Assembly (NCBI RefSeq): GCF_009914755.1
Contig: NC_060946.1
DNA length: 64,000 nucleotides
Source: the human T2T-CHM13v2.0 reference genome, Homo sapiens
Reading direction: 5' to 3' (one strand)
The notes under the pieces are model-generated. The model saw only the letters and a program-made list of their open reading frames with translations. It was not told where the DNA came from and ran no database searches. The position numbers and the translations under genes were made by a program. This document shows, one piece after another, positions 15,149 through 28,669 of the stretch. Each line of letters begins with the position of its first letter. Position 1 is the first letter of the stretch.

Positions 15149-15476
15149 TGGTATGGTCTTTTAATGAGTCCTGCATCAGAAGTATTTCCAATCTGTATCT
15201 GAATCTTCCAAAATACATTGCAGAAGACCCAAATCCTAATACATAGCCACACTCTTTATAGTTCTTATTTCCCATTCCTCCCAGTCTCCAATTCTCTCAT
15301 CCTCAGCAGCTGCCCCAAAGCCTCTTTCCTTCTCTCACTGCTCTACCTCGAGATTCCTCCTGAAATCACAGCAGGGGCTCTCATTTTTCTACCCTTTTCC
15401 ACACTAATTTTCTTTTCCTTTCTCCTTTACAAACCGAATCTACCCAGACTAGCACCTCCGTTTTTTTCCAGATGAC

Positions 15477-15479
<3 letters not shown>

Positions 15480-15541
<62 letters not shown>
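15480..15541. repeat. (TG)n microsatellite, ~31 units, perfect
   Basis: Direct reading. Confidence 0.99.
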
Positions 15542-15542
<1 letters not shown>

Positions 15543-15753
15543 TTGGGCAGGGCAGGAAAATCACCTCCATCAGACAAAGCTGGAGGTTTCCTTCATGTGC
15601 AGAGAGAAAGTGGGCACGACTCTGCATACATTAACAATTTTGTCTCTGTTATATACATTTTTGGAGATGACAATTAAACCTGTGAGTGAATTTGGTCAAT
15701 CATAAGGTCTGGCAACAACCTTGAACGGAGGTTTGCATCTTAGAATTCTCTAA

Positions 15754-16242
15754 CTATGATAGATTGAAAAAATGGCCACAGTGCTTTCCAGCTTCTCCCA
15801 TCAAGAAGCCTGCTGCCCACCTGTTGAATCTTGTAAGGTCTTGTGACTTGCCTTGGCCAAGTGAATATGGCAGCCGTAGCACTGTCTGAGTCCTGAGCCT
15901 AGGTCTCAGTCAGCTTTGCAGCTTCTGCTTTTGCAGCTTTGGCAAACTAGACACAGAGTATGAGACGTACCAGGCTAGCCTGCTAGATGAACAGAGACAG
16001 TGGCCCAGCCTCCTCTATTACTCCAGCCAACAGACAGGCAGCCCCCAGGAACAGAGCTTCCTAGATGACCAGCAGCTGGCCACAGAGACGTGTGTGAGAC
16101 CAGCCAGGACCAACAGAGAATAAACATCCAGTGGAGCCCAGCCCAAATGCCAACTCACAGAGTCGTGAGCTACATAAATGGCTATTGTTTTAAGTCACTA
16201 AGTTTTGGGGTAACCTGTTACACAACAGAAGGTAACTGATAA
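15754..16242 (+). mobile_element. MLT1H-like solo LTR
   Basis: agcccagcccaaatgccaactcacagagtcgtgagc...ttttaagtcactaagttttggggt...taactgata. Confidence 0.78.
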
Positions 16243-16849
16243 GATATGGCACCCCAAACCGTCATGGTAACAGGTTCTAAAGGAGGCTTCTGAACCAGTG
16301 TCTGCCTGCCATTGAAAGGGCTTCCCATCACCTGTGGGTGTGGGGTACTCATAGGTCTCCCATGGAACCCTTCTGTTGGCTTTCCTGTCTAAACCTCTGG
16401 ATCCCTGTTCTGAGTCCTGCAACCCTAGGACAGTTTTGTTTTCATCCTTCCCTCCCACTGTCTCCCATTATCATGGCGACATATATCAGAAAGGAAAAAT
16501 GGCGCATTTCTGCAAATCAGCTAAGGTTTTGCAGCAGAGATGACAGCTGGGATTGCTGGCCCATTGTGGAGTACAGTACCACAGGATCTCTTCCAGACAG
16601 AGAAGCAAACTGGACCCACTGCAGGAAGCAGCTCTGTTCTCACTAACCAACATTAGGGTTTGGAATCAAGTCGCTTTTCTAGGGCTGGAGATTGTAGTGG
16701 AATTGCTAGTGACATGATGAAGACTACAGTGAAGCTCCCAGCCCCAGAAACTGCATCCTCCTTCCTCCCTACCCTGTTAACGTGTTACCTGAAATTCCAG
16801 CATTCATTCCTTTCATTTTGTGTAATGGAAAATGCTCTGACATTAACTA

Positions 16850-17780
16850 TATACTGTCTGCATAGCAAAGCCAATATCAACAAAGTTAAAAGGCCACAGA
16901 ATGGGAGATGTCTGCAAAGCACATAGCCAACAAAAGATTAGTGTCGGGAATATATAAAGAATTTCTACAAGTCAGTAACAAAAAGACAAACAGCTCAGAA
17001 CAATGATGGATGAAGGCGGTCAAAAGACAATTCACAGATGAGTTCACTCGAATGGCCAATAAACGTGTGACAAGGAGCTCAGCCTCACAAGGAGCCAGGG
17101 AAAGATAAACAATAAGCAGTAATAAGATATCAACCCACAAGTCACCAGATAGGCAGAAATCGTTGCAGGAGGGAACATCAATTGGTACAGCCACTTTGAT
17201 GAGAAATTTAGTAACACCTAGCAAATGGGAAGACCCACCCTGAGACCCAGCAATTTCACATCCCAGATCTAAAAAGAAAAAGTCTTCTTGCACATGTGTA
17301 CAGAAGACATGCCCCAAGGCGTTCACTGTGGCTCTGTTTGTAATAGCAAAAAATTGGAAACAACCTACATATCCATTTAGAGGGGAAATAATAAATTATA
17401 AAATATTCATACAATGGAATTCTATACCAATCTTAAAATGAGTGAATTAAATTTGTATGTATCATCATGAATAAAATATAATGTTGATATAAAAAGCAAA
17501 TTGCAGAAAGTTAGGTAAAGTTTGCAGTTTATGTAAAATTTTAAAACCCTAAAAGAATCCTAGACACATATATAAAAGTACAAAATTGGGCTGGAAGATT
17601 ACTCATCAGCGTTAGAATAGGGTTATCTCTTGGGGACTTGGAAGGGGACAGGGACTGGGGAGGTGAAAAAGGGGGCCTCCAATAGTATTTGTCACATTTT
17701 ATTTTTTTAGAAAAGAAAGGACCTACGGAAATAAGGCAAAATACAAATACTCATGACACTGGATGGTGGATAGACAAGGG
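16850..17780 (+). mobile_element. Old L1 (L1MD/ME) 3' region
   Basis: gaatatataaagaatttctacaa; gacccagcaatttcac; tttgtaatagcaaaaaattggaaacaacct. Confidence 0.8.
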
Positions 17781-17794
17781 CTTATAATTTGTTT

Positions 17795-18290
17795 CCAATT
17801 CATTTATTCATTCATTCACTCATTCACTCAACAAATATTTACTGAGTAACTGCTTTGTGCCAGTTACTGTTCTAGGTGCTGGGGACACAGTTGTGAATAT
17901 GACAAAATCCCTGCCCTTGTGGCACAGACAGTAGAGACGTGCAGACAAGAAACAAATGAGTAAAATTATTAAATTGTCAGATGATGATAAGATCTATGGA
18001 GAAAAATAGGACAAAGAAGGTCAATATGGAATAGAGGTGTTGGGAAAAGTGGACAGAAGGTTTAAATTGGGAAGCCAGGAAAGATTTTGATACAAAGGAG
18101 ACACGAGGATCAAAACTGCAGGGATAAGAGAGGGAGCCACGGACATGAGCAGGGAGGGACCCTCCAGGCAGAGGAAGAGCAGGTGCTGAGGCCCAGGGCG
18201 AGTGCCTGGTGGGCTCAAAGAGCATAGGAAGAGAGATAGGAGATGAGCTCCCAAGGTAATGGGGCAAGAGACGGGGGGCATCATGTATGT
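17795..18290 (-). mobile_element. L2 3' end
   Basis: (ttca)n, acaaatatttactgag...tgtgccag. Confidence 0.8.
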
Positions 18291-18386
18291 TTTAAATATT
18301 TCATAATGTTTAGCAGAAAAAGAAAAACAAGAACAGAAAGAGAGAGGGATTTCCAAAAGGTGGTTGGTTGAGCTCAAACAAAAATA

Positions 18387-18775
18387 TACAGATTGGTGCA
18401 AAAGTAATTGCGATTTTTGCCACTTAAAAGTAATGGGAAGGCCGGGCGCAGTGGCTCACACCTGTAATCCCAGCACTTTGGGAGACTGAGGCAGGCGGAT
18501 CACGAAGATCAGGAGTTCAAGACCATCCTGGCCAATATGGTGAAACCCTAGCCCTATTAAAAATACAAAAATTAGCCAGGGGTGGTGGTGCATGCCTATA
18601 GTCACAGCTACTCAGGAGGCCGAGGCAGCAGAATTGCTTAAACCCAGGAGGCGGAGGATGCAGTGAGCCATCATCGCGCCACTGCACCCCAAACTGGGCA
18701 ACAGAGCAAGACCAAGACTCCATCTCAAAGAAAAAAAAAAAGGGAAAAAATGCAATTACTTTTGCACCAACCTAA
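18387..18775. mobile_element. MADE1 (Hsmar1 mariner MITE) split by Alu
   Basis: TIRs ttggtgcaaaagtaattgcg and gcaattacttttgcaccaacctaa followed by TA. Confidence 0.92.
18440..18741 (+). mobile_element. AluS (Sg/Sc-like)
   Basis: Full dimer with the 2-bp left-arm deletion (ggatcacgaag). Confidence 0.92.
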
Positions 18776-18869
18776 TAGTTGGGAAATGCAAATTTTAAAA
18801 ATAGATAAACTCTTCAAAGTTCAAAATGTGCCACTAGGTCCAGTGAAGTTTCAAGAGGGAGCTGGAGAG

Positions 18870-19040
18870 GTAGTTCCCACTGGCTGCACACTGGACCCAC
18901 CCGGGATCTTTACAACATCCCGATGCCCAGGTGGCACCCAAGTTACATCAACCAGAATGCCTGGAGCTGGGCCAAGCACGGGTCTACACCAACCATGGCC
19001 TGGTGATCTCAATATGCAGCAAAGCTTGGGAACCACAAGG
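18870..19040. mobile_element. MER5A-type hAT MITE
   Basis: tggctgcacactggacccacccggg...ggtgatctcaatatgcagcaaagcttgggaaccac. Confidence 0.7.
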
Positions 19041-19999
19041 ATAGCGTGTGCTGAGTTTCCCTAACCTAGATGAACCTGGAACCTTCCGATTTTCATTACA
19101 TGTTTCCCAGACCAAATCACAGGACTGGGTTTCCCTACAGAACATCAGTTTGTGAAATGGAACTCAGTTGTTTGGGGTTATTGTTAACATAGTTTTTAAA
19201 AACATATTTTTTTTTTTGGTTAAAAAAGCAATATATTCCCAGTCATTTCCATATAGATGTAAAGTACTTAAAATAGTGTCTGGCACATCATCAGAGCTCA
19301 ATAAATGTTGCTCTTATTGTTGTTGTTATTTATACCTTAACATGAAGTTTATCATCTCTCTTCCTAAAAACGGGTCTTGGTTGACACATCAAAACATTTA
19401 TTAAGAATATTTATTCAGCCTTACAACATGCCAGGGACTTTATATGTCTGCAAGTCAGAATCTTCTGATTTTAAAGATGAGGAAACAAAGGCTTAGAAAA
19501 GTAAAGCAACCAGCCGAGGGTCACTCAGATAACTGGTGGCATGACCAAGGCTATGAGTGTGGATCTTGCCCACCACTAAAATTCATCCTGATTTTATAAG
19601 ATTGTTGCTCTTTCCCAATAATGTGAACGTAGTTTTGGATTTTATTCTCGTGTAAAGGAATACAGAAATGAAAGAACCAGATGCTTTTCTGGGCTCCCCA
19701 GGCAGAACTAATCCCTCCCGTCTCTGGGCCTCCACGGGCCTTTGTATGTTCCTCCATTATGGCTCTTAGCATATTGATTTCCAGCTGGAGTTGGGATTCA
19801 CGGTAAAGTCAGGGAAGGGGGTGGCTGCCCTGGGTACCTCCGAAAGCTGTTGTTCTAAATTGTGCTGTGGTTCTGAATTGTGCTGTGGGTATGGGCTACA
19901 GTGCGTGGGCTGCAGATTTGCTATATGGGCTACAGTGCATGGCTGCAGATTTGCTGGTAGTGCTATGACCCCTTGTGTGAGGGATGAGACCACACAGAG

Positions 20000-20250
20000 G
20001 CAGTGCATCCTAGTGGTTCAGAGAGGGAGTCTGGTGGCAGAATGCCAGGTTTCCAATCCAGGGTCTGGCCCTTGGTGGCCTTATGACCTTGGATGACTTT
20101 CTGGACCTCTCTGTGCCTCCATGTTTTCATCTGTAAAACAGAGGTAACCGCAGTATCTTCTGCATAAGGTAGAAAGGATGAAAGGAATTAATGCATGCAA
20201 AGTTCCTGAACAGTGCCCAGCATACATCAGCACTAAATAGACATTAGCTG
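20000..20250 (+). mobile_element. MIR
   Basis: ctctctgtgcctccatgttttcatctgtaaaacagagg. Confidence 0.75.
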
Positions 20251-20397
20251 TTTGCATCATGTTATGGTTGAAACTGGCATCAGAATGGGGTTAACTTTTT
20301 GGAGGTTGGGAGGGGACAGGGACTAAGGAGGTGAACAAGGGGACCTCCAATAGTGTGACTTGGATGACTTTCTGGGTCCCTCTGTGCCTTCATTTTC

Positions 20398-20632
20398 TAA
20401 ATCCATACAAATAGAACACAGATTGGTGGATACCAGGGTCTGGAGTGAGGGGTAAACATAGTGACTGCTTAATGGGCATGAGGTTCCCTTTTGGGAAGAT
20501 GAACATGTGTGAGCCTAGATAGAGGTAGTGGTTGTGCAATACTGTGAACACATTTAAGGTCACCGACTTGTTCACCTCAAAATGGCTAATTTTTGTTATG
20601 TGACTTTCATTTCAATGAACAAAAATTAATAA
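20398..20632 (+). mobile_element. L1MB 3' end (5'-truncated)
   Basis: aaatccata...gtgactgcttaatgggcatgaggttcccttttggg...tagatagaggtagtggttgtgcaatactgtgaa. Confidence 0.85.
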
Positions 20633-21835
20633 ATCTGGCTAACCTACATTCTCATCCCAGTTCACCATATCTTAGCCAAATTACCTCTTCCTCATATTTC
20701 CTCATCTGTCAAAAGGAATAATAGTAATATTTTGATCACAGGTCACATGAGAGAGTTAAATCAGGTAATTATGTAAATTAGACCATGCATGTAAAGAACT
20801 GGGCACACAGTAAATGTCCAAGAAATGATACTGATTTGTTTTTGAGTTTAAGAGCTACAATAGGGAGCACTTTGGAAGTGACCGTCTCTGCCTTTTCATG
20901 GAATGGATTGACACATGTCACCTATAAAAAGATTGCATTGTCAAGCACATGCATGCAGGTCATGTACAAATTAAGGAGGAAGCATTCTCCAACACTGACC
21001 TGCCGGGATTTATCTGGAAAACCCATTCTCAGCAACTCAAAAGTTCTCACACTTACCTCTTTTAGAACTAACTAGAAGTTACTTAGCAAATATTTGAAAT
21101 AGACCCATCAATTTCAATGAAATATATCTCTAAAGAGATTCTATCCACCTTTACTCAGATATTAGGAAACGGTTCCTACAACAATGCCTTTGATGGAAGA
21201 CATTGGCAGAAAGGAATCTCTTGCATGCCATTCTGTGTGCAGTGTTCAATTTTGTTTGAAAAACAGTCACCCAGGAATTTCTACAACACCTGTTCTGGCC
21301 TGGGGGAGGGGGATGGCTTTAAAGAAACACATGTCTGTATTGCCCTTCCATAATCTGATCAAACTGCAACAGAAGGAGAGGAAGAAAAAACAGAGAGATT
21401 TGTAAGATATAAATCATAAAAGCAACAAAAAAGACAGAAATATTATAAATGAAAGACCAGGTGCACTCTTTCAAATTATGCTGAATTGAGCCCAAATCCC
21501 TAATGTTTCATTTTGTAATGGCTATCCAAACAGATGTCTTAGCCTTCAGAAAACTCACTAAAAATGGAAGTGCAAATCCTCCTTGAGCTGTTGCTTTACC
21601 CAAACCTCCTGCCGCCATGTTGACACCAATGGCATAAAAACACCAGTGGTAGAAGGGAGGCAAAGTCTAGTGCCAGAAAGTGTCATGGAACTTTTCTTAT
21701 TGACCTATTACATATCAAGAAACATGCTAGAAAAGTTAGCATTCATTAGCTCACTTAATCCCTAAAATAACTCTAGGGGGGTAGAATTTATTAGCCAGTT
21801 TTTTAAAACATACTAGAAGGCAAGCTCAAAGCCAA

Positions 21836-22000
21836 CAGGAAGCCACCGCGTGGGCATATGACCTGTACTGTAACACAGGGCCCACGCTTGGTTGCTTGGT
21901 TTAATTATCTGCTGTTGTTGTTTTGAAGCTTCAATTTTTGAACAAGGAAACCAATATTTTTCATTTTGCACTGGGTCCTGCAAATTCTGAGCTTATCCTG
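21836..22000. mobile_element. MER53 hAT MITE
   Basis: tgacctgtactgtaacacagggccc...ttttcattttgcactgggtcctgcaaatt. Confidence 0.75.
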
Positions 22001-22209
22001 CTACGTACAGACGTGGTGATGTTTCAACAGGCCTACCACCACCTTATGTACTTCCCGAGGCAGTAGAATTAAGCCCCTGGTTGCTGTTCTTTCTGTTGTA
22101 TCAGAGATACAGGTTTATAATGAGGGTAAAAGGAGATTGCATATGCAAGAGGGCTCTGAAAAGACAGCTGTCAGTTACAGAGAGATAGATACTCCACAGG
22201 TATCCTAGA

Positions 22210-22702
22210 CCATCATTGTGGCCCACAGACCAAATCAGGCTTGTTGCCTGAGTTTTATGACCCAGAAGCTTGGAATTGTTTTTGGTTGTTTGTTTTGAGA
22301 CAGGGTTCTACCCTGTTACCCAGGCTAGAGTGCCATGGCACAATCATGGCTCACTGCAGCCTCGACCTCCCGGGCTCAAGTGATCCTTCCCTGCCTCAGC
22401 CTCCCAAAGTGCTGGGATTACTGGCATGAGCCACCATGCCTGGCCCTAAGAATAGTTTTTACCATTTTAAATAATTGAAAATTTTAAATAATATTTCACA
22501 CCACATGAATGTTATATGAAATTCAAATTGTAGTGTCCATAAATACACTTTTACTGGAACACAGCCATGCCCATTCATTTACATAGCAATGATAGGCTGC
22601 TTTCCAATGGCAGAATTAAGTAGTTACAACAGAGAATGTATGGCCCCAAACCCTAAAATATTTACTATCTTACCCTTCACAGAAAAAGTTTGCCAACCCA
22701 TG
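22210..22702 (+). mobile_element. MER58B hAT element, split by an Alu monomer
   Basis: ctaagaatagtttttaccatttt...atgaaattcaaat...cagaaaaagtttgccaaccc. Confidence 0.85.
22279..22445 (-). mobile_element. Alu monomer (FRAM-like or recombined AluJ)
   Basis: Single arm ~165 bp; TSD cttggaattgttttt/ctaagaatagttttt. Confidence 0.85.
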
Positions 22703-22826
22703 CTCTAGATGTTTGATGAGTGAATGAATGCACAAATGAATGAATGAGTGAATTTTAAAATGTTCTTATAATTTCATTGTTAGTATTATATTTACACAGT
22801 GTCAGAACAACTTGGTAAAAGGTCCA

Positions 22827-23132
22827 GGCCAGGTGCAGTGGCTCACACCTGTGATCCCAGCACTTTGGTAGGCCAAGGCGGGTGGATCACCTGGGGTCAG
22901 GAGTTCAAGACCAGCCTGACCAACATGGTGAAACCTTATCTCTACTAAAAATGCAAAAAATTAGCTGGGCATGCTGGCAGGTGCCTGTAATCCCATCTAC
23001 TCAGGAGGCTGAGGCAGGAGAATCGCTTGAACTTGGGAGGTGGAGGTTGCAGCGAGCCGAGATCACACCACTGTGCTCCAGCCTGGGCAACAAGGGTGAA
23101 ACTCCATCTCAAAAAAAAAAAGAAAAAAAAAA
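22827..23132 (+). mobile_element. AluSq-like
   Basis: Full dimer; ctgggcaacaagggtgaaactcc. Confidence 0.93.
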
Positions 23133-23241
23133 TCCAAAACTCACTAATGGTACTCAATATCTGTTCTGATTTTTCCCTCAGAATTACCCAAATGTTTTAG
23201 AAAACATAGCATTTAAATTCCACATCTCTTTATTTTTCAGT

Positions 23242-23692
23242 TTATGGTAAATTGATTGCAAAAAATAAAAAAACCCTAATTCTTCTTCTCCATAGATCTA
23301 TGCCCCTTGATATGACTTTGCAGTTCCTTCTACTAAGAAGATGAATCCATTTCTCCACCCGCTGAGTCTGGGCTGGTCTTGTGATGTGCGTTAGTCAATA
23401 GAAGTGGCTGAAGTGATGGCGCGCCAGTTTTTAGCCTACACTTCAAGAAGCCTATGGACTTCCACTTGCTGTCTTGAAACCCTGTTTGAAAAAGGTTCCC
23501 TGAGGACAAGGCCAGACTAGCCTGCTGGAGGGTGAGAGACCACAGGGAGCAGAGACAAGTCAGCTCACATTAGCAGAACCTCTCAGTCAATCCACAGACC
23601 CGTAAGCAAAAATAAGTGTTCTTATAGAATGGCACAGTGGTTTGGGGATTGTGTGTTATGCAGCATTATTGTGGAAATAGATAACTGATACA
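23242..23692 (+). mobile_element. MLT1H-like solo LTR
   Basis: tgactttgcagttccttctactaagaagatgaatccatttctccacc...gataactgataca. Confidence 0.78.
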
Positions 23693-23893
23693 CCGTCCCC
23701 TTTTTGTTTACTCATACGCATTCCTTCTTTGTTATCATCTACAGAAGAGTATTAGCAATGGACATTGATCAAACCCTCATAATAATAGCAATAAGAAGAA
23801 CTGATTCTGAAAATTATTATGTGCCAGGCAATGTGCTAAAGATTTTCCCTGAATCCTCTCACTTAATCCTCACAAAAGTCTTGGGAGGTTGTG

Positions 23894-24388
23894 TACGGTA
23901 GGCAGCTTCTACAATGGCTCCCAGTGACCCCTGCTTTCTGGAATTCATACCCTTAGGTAATCTCCTCCCCTGGAGTGTGGACCAGAGTTAGTGACTCACC
24001 TCTAACGAATGAAATAGCTCAGTCTGATGGAAGCAGCTGCCCTGTTGTGAGCTCCCCCTAGGGAGAGGCCCACATGGGAAGAAATCAAAGTATGCCTCAA
24101 ACCAACAGCCAGAGGGAAACTGAGGCTTCAGTCCAACAAGCCAGAAGGAACTGAATCCCACCAACAACCACTTCATTGAGCCAGTAAGTGGCTCCTCTCC
24201 CAGTCTTGAGATGGCTCCAACATCAGCTGACACCTTAATTACAGCCTCGTGAGGGACCCTGAGCCAGAGAATCAGCTAAGCCATGTCCAGATCCCTAGTC
24301 CTTCGAAACTATAAAACAGTAAATGCTTGCTTTTTCAAACTGCTAAGTTTTGGAGCCATTTGTTATGCAGTCATAGATAACTAATATA
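23894..24388 (+). mobile_element. MLT1F solo LTR inserted in a MIR
   Basis: ggtaggcagcttctacaatggctcccagtgacccc...gataactaatata. Confidence 0.83.
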
Positions 24389-25124
24389 TGATATGATGCC
24401 TTTTTTGCAGATGAGAAAGCTAAAGCTTGGTGAGATTACGGAAGCCTACAGTTACACAGCTGACTCCCTCCAGAGGCCCCATCCACACCCACTGTTGGAC
24501 TCCTGCTACTCTCGGAGGCTTGGAGTTGGTTTCTCCTCCCCCAAATCGGTCTCAACACTTACCCTTACTTCCTGCTCTTCGTGGTCTCAGCCTCACTGTT
24601 CTTCGTGGACTCATTTTTTCTCTTCCCTTTGTTTTATTTTTGTCTCTTTCTTTCTTTTTTGGCTTCAGTGGAGTCCTAGCCTTAAGGTTTTCCTTCTCTA
24701 ACCCCTTGTTCCCCTTCCATTCTCTTTCCAGCCCTCTGTAAGCTGCAGCACAGTGTTTACAGTTAAGCCAGCCTCCATTGAGGCCTTCAGTTGCCGAAGT
24801 TCAAAAAAATCAACCTAGAATAACAACGTATTGTTATATAAATGGCATCTCAGAAATAAACTAGTCAAATACGCTTATCCCCACAGTTCACATGGGGGAA
24901 AAGCTTGCTACCTGATGTTCTAATACATAATAGTTGTTTTCTCATTTATCAACTTTCATCCCCAGTATCTGTAAGCTCCAAGAAGGCAAAGACTTTCACT
25001 ATTTCATCACTCTTTTCTCCAGGCCTAAAATAGGTCTCACTCCAAAACAGACAGGCAAAGATTATTTTGAGAGTGAATGAATATTAAATGCAGAAGATAA
25101 CAGATCAAGAGGGAGAAAAGGGGT

Positions 25125-25345
25125 TGCAATTTATTGAATAGCTCTTATGTGCCAGGCATTTTTACCAATATTATTTTCTTGAATGGTCGCAATCATTTTA
25201 TGGGGCTTCCCATTTTGTAGGTGGGGAAAATTGAGGCTCAGAGAGGTTAATTTCCCAAAATAACACAGCTAGTAAGGGACAGAGCAAGGATTGGAACCCA
25301 GGTCCCCATGGCCTCAGAGCTTGTTCTCTTTGTTTCACATCCCAC
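25125..25345 (-). mobile_element. MIR
   Basis: gaggctcagagaggttaa...acacagctagtaagggacagagcaaggattggaacccagg. Confidence 0.78.
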
Positions 25346-25559
25346 TACTGTGGGCCTGTGGGGTCTCAATGGTAGTGTCTCAAGCACTCAGACTAGAATC
25401 TACACCTCCGGTGACCTGGCTTCTTGGCAAGCAGCTGAATGGCCAGAAATCCCGCCATGGCCCCTACTACACCTTTACAAACACAGGTCACAGATCCATC
25501 ATCCTTAGTAGCACTCCTTGCTGGTAAAATAACAATACAATCTCGTGTGACTGTGGGAG

Positions 25560-25790
25560 AGGGATTAAGAGCACAGCTGCACTAGAATCCAGTCCTCTCA
25601 GTTACTTGCATGACTAGAGCAAGTTACCTACCATCTGTGGGCCTCAATTTCCTCCTATGGAAAATGAGGAAAAGAAACGCACCTAACTTCATCGGGTTGC
25701 TATGTGAATGAAATGAGTTGGTCCCTGTGAAATGCCCAGAAGAGCCAAACACATACTAAGTCCTCAATAAAACTAAGCCAAAATAATTAT
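25560..25790 (+). mobile_element. MIR
   Basis: gagcaagttacc...gggcctcaatttcctcctatggaaaatgagg. Confidence 0.7.
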
Positions 25791-27136
25791 TATCACTTAG
25801 CCTCTCATGTCACCCTCCCAATCCAGTTAAGTGCATCCCCTTTTTAAGGATGAACAAACTGCCTCAGAGAATGTCAGCGATTTGTCTGGATTCTTTAACA
25901 AAGCCAGGAGAAACGAGGATCCATGTAACATTCCCCTTCCCATTCTGCATACCTCACCCAGAATCCATGTGGCTCCTCCATGTGCTCTTGTTCCACCCCT
26001 CCCGCACTAGCTCCTGTATGTTTACACTTGATAACTTGGCTTCACATCTCCAAGCTGCACTTGGAATCGTTCAGATCACAGCCGAGCATCTTTATGTGTT
26101 GTTCAATCTTTGCTTCTGAAATGAGGCTTTCTTTAAGAGAAGAGGGACAGGAAGGCAGAAGATGGAGCCCCAGATAAAGAGGGAAACTGAGTAGGAGATG
26201 GGAAATACAATGAGAGGGTTTCCAGCAGGGACCCCGTCCATCTCCATGAAGCACAGCACACTCATTTCCCCCGCAAAAGTCTTCTTCGTTGCAGAATGGA
26301 ATGGGGAGCCCACAATAACGAGTCTTTAATTACGAAACTCTTTTACCTTATTGCTTTTGTGCGGCCCCGATGAAAATAAGCAGTGGCAGTTTCTATTAGA
26401 AATGTTAATTACTTTCCCGGGTAATTAGACTCACTGGGTATCGTGAGCACCTGACCTCACTTCATAACAGCAGAGTTGGGAAAAAGAAAAAACGTGGCTG
26501 GGGTTGAGGGAGGTGGGGAAGAAAAGGAGAATGTTTATAAATGCTGAGAAAAGCAAAATCATCCAAATTAGCTAATAGAAAACTGTAGCTAAAGGGCCCC
26601 TGAGAATGGCTGGAACAGGATACCTACTAGGAAAGGGCTTTTCAATGCCAAGGACTTGTCATGAGGATGGAAACAGGGACAAATCTCTCTTAAAATAATG
26701 GGATCTTGGAGAGATTCCTACCGGGTCTCCTCTAGCAAATAAGGCTGCTGAGGCACCAAGCTGCTCAGAGACTTCGCAAGATCACACAGCAAGGTGGAGG
26801 CAGGTGTGAGCCCAATAGGGCGGCTGCTTCACCTTGTCTGATACCAACGGGGATTGATTCCTTCAATAGTTAGCCATTGACCACATGCTAAGGGCTACTT
26901 TGGCACTAGGAGAACAGCACTGACACAGTTCCAATTCTTAAGGAGTTTATGGTCTAGGGGTACAGAGAAAATGGCCATACTGCTATGAGGGAGGCATATA
27001 GAAGGCTGTAATAAAGAATCATTGGTATAGATGGAGTAGTCAGGGAGGGCTTTCCTGTGGAGGTGGCTTCTTCCCTGAGACTTAAAGGTAGAGAAAAGTC
27101 CCCCCAATTGAAGAGTTGGGGTGAAAGAGTGTACTA

Positions 27137-27896
<760 letters not shown>

Positions 27897-28669
27897 CTTG
27901 GCTACCATGAGCCCACATCCCTGGCACTACAGAATACATTCTGAAAATATAGGATAAGGTTATGTAGAGAGTGCTGAATGAAGGTTCCAGCTCTCCTGCT
28001 GACCTGTAACTTCCAGTAAGTCACTCCCCAATTTGGACCTTATCTAAGTCAGGAAGAACTTGGAGTTCCCAAACACATAGTCAAGGCCAAGTCAAATCTC
28101 AATCACTTAAGGATCTGTTTAATATGCAGATTCCTGGGCCCATACTCCTAGGCTTACAGAAGCAGCATCTCTGGGTGGGGCTCCAGAACCTGTACTTCCT
28201 AACAAGCTCCCTGTGAGAGGGATTTAGATATGCCATTATGTTTTTAGAATTTCTGGGTCCAAACACACACTCTACGTCCCTTTTAGAGCAATGTGTATCA
28301 TATTCTAAGGGCTGCACACTCTGGCCTTGACCATGAGCTGCACCTGACCATCCACACTGACCTAATGCACTGCTGAGGCCTGTTTGAAAACCCAGGCATC
28401 CCAGATGCCAAGAGATCCTTCTGCCAAAGGGAAGAGGCAGGCTCGGTCCTCAGAGTCATTAAAGAAGCTGTTTACAGAGCCCTGCTCCTCTTTTAATTTG
28501 TTTGTCTTTTCGATTGTGTAATTGAATCCAAGCCATGGGGCTCAGCCAAGCCTTGCCAAGGAAGGAGTGATCCCTCAATACCCAGGAGTGACTGATAGTC
28601 ATTTCTGAGGCAAGAGGTGCTCTGGGTCTGGGTGGCAGGAAGGTCTGAATCTTGCCATGCTTCTGAATG

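Noticed and set aside
15427-15705. CV/HT-repeat ORFs
   Set aside because: Translations of the (TG)n microsatellite
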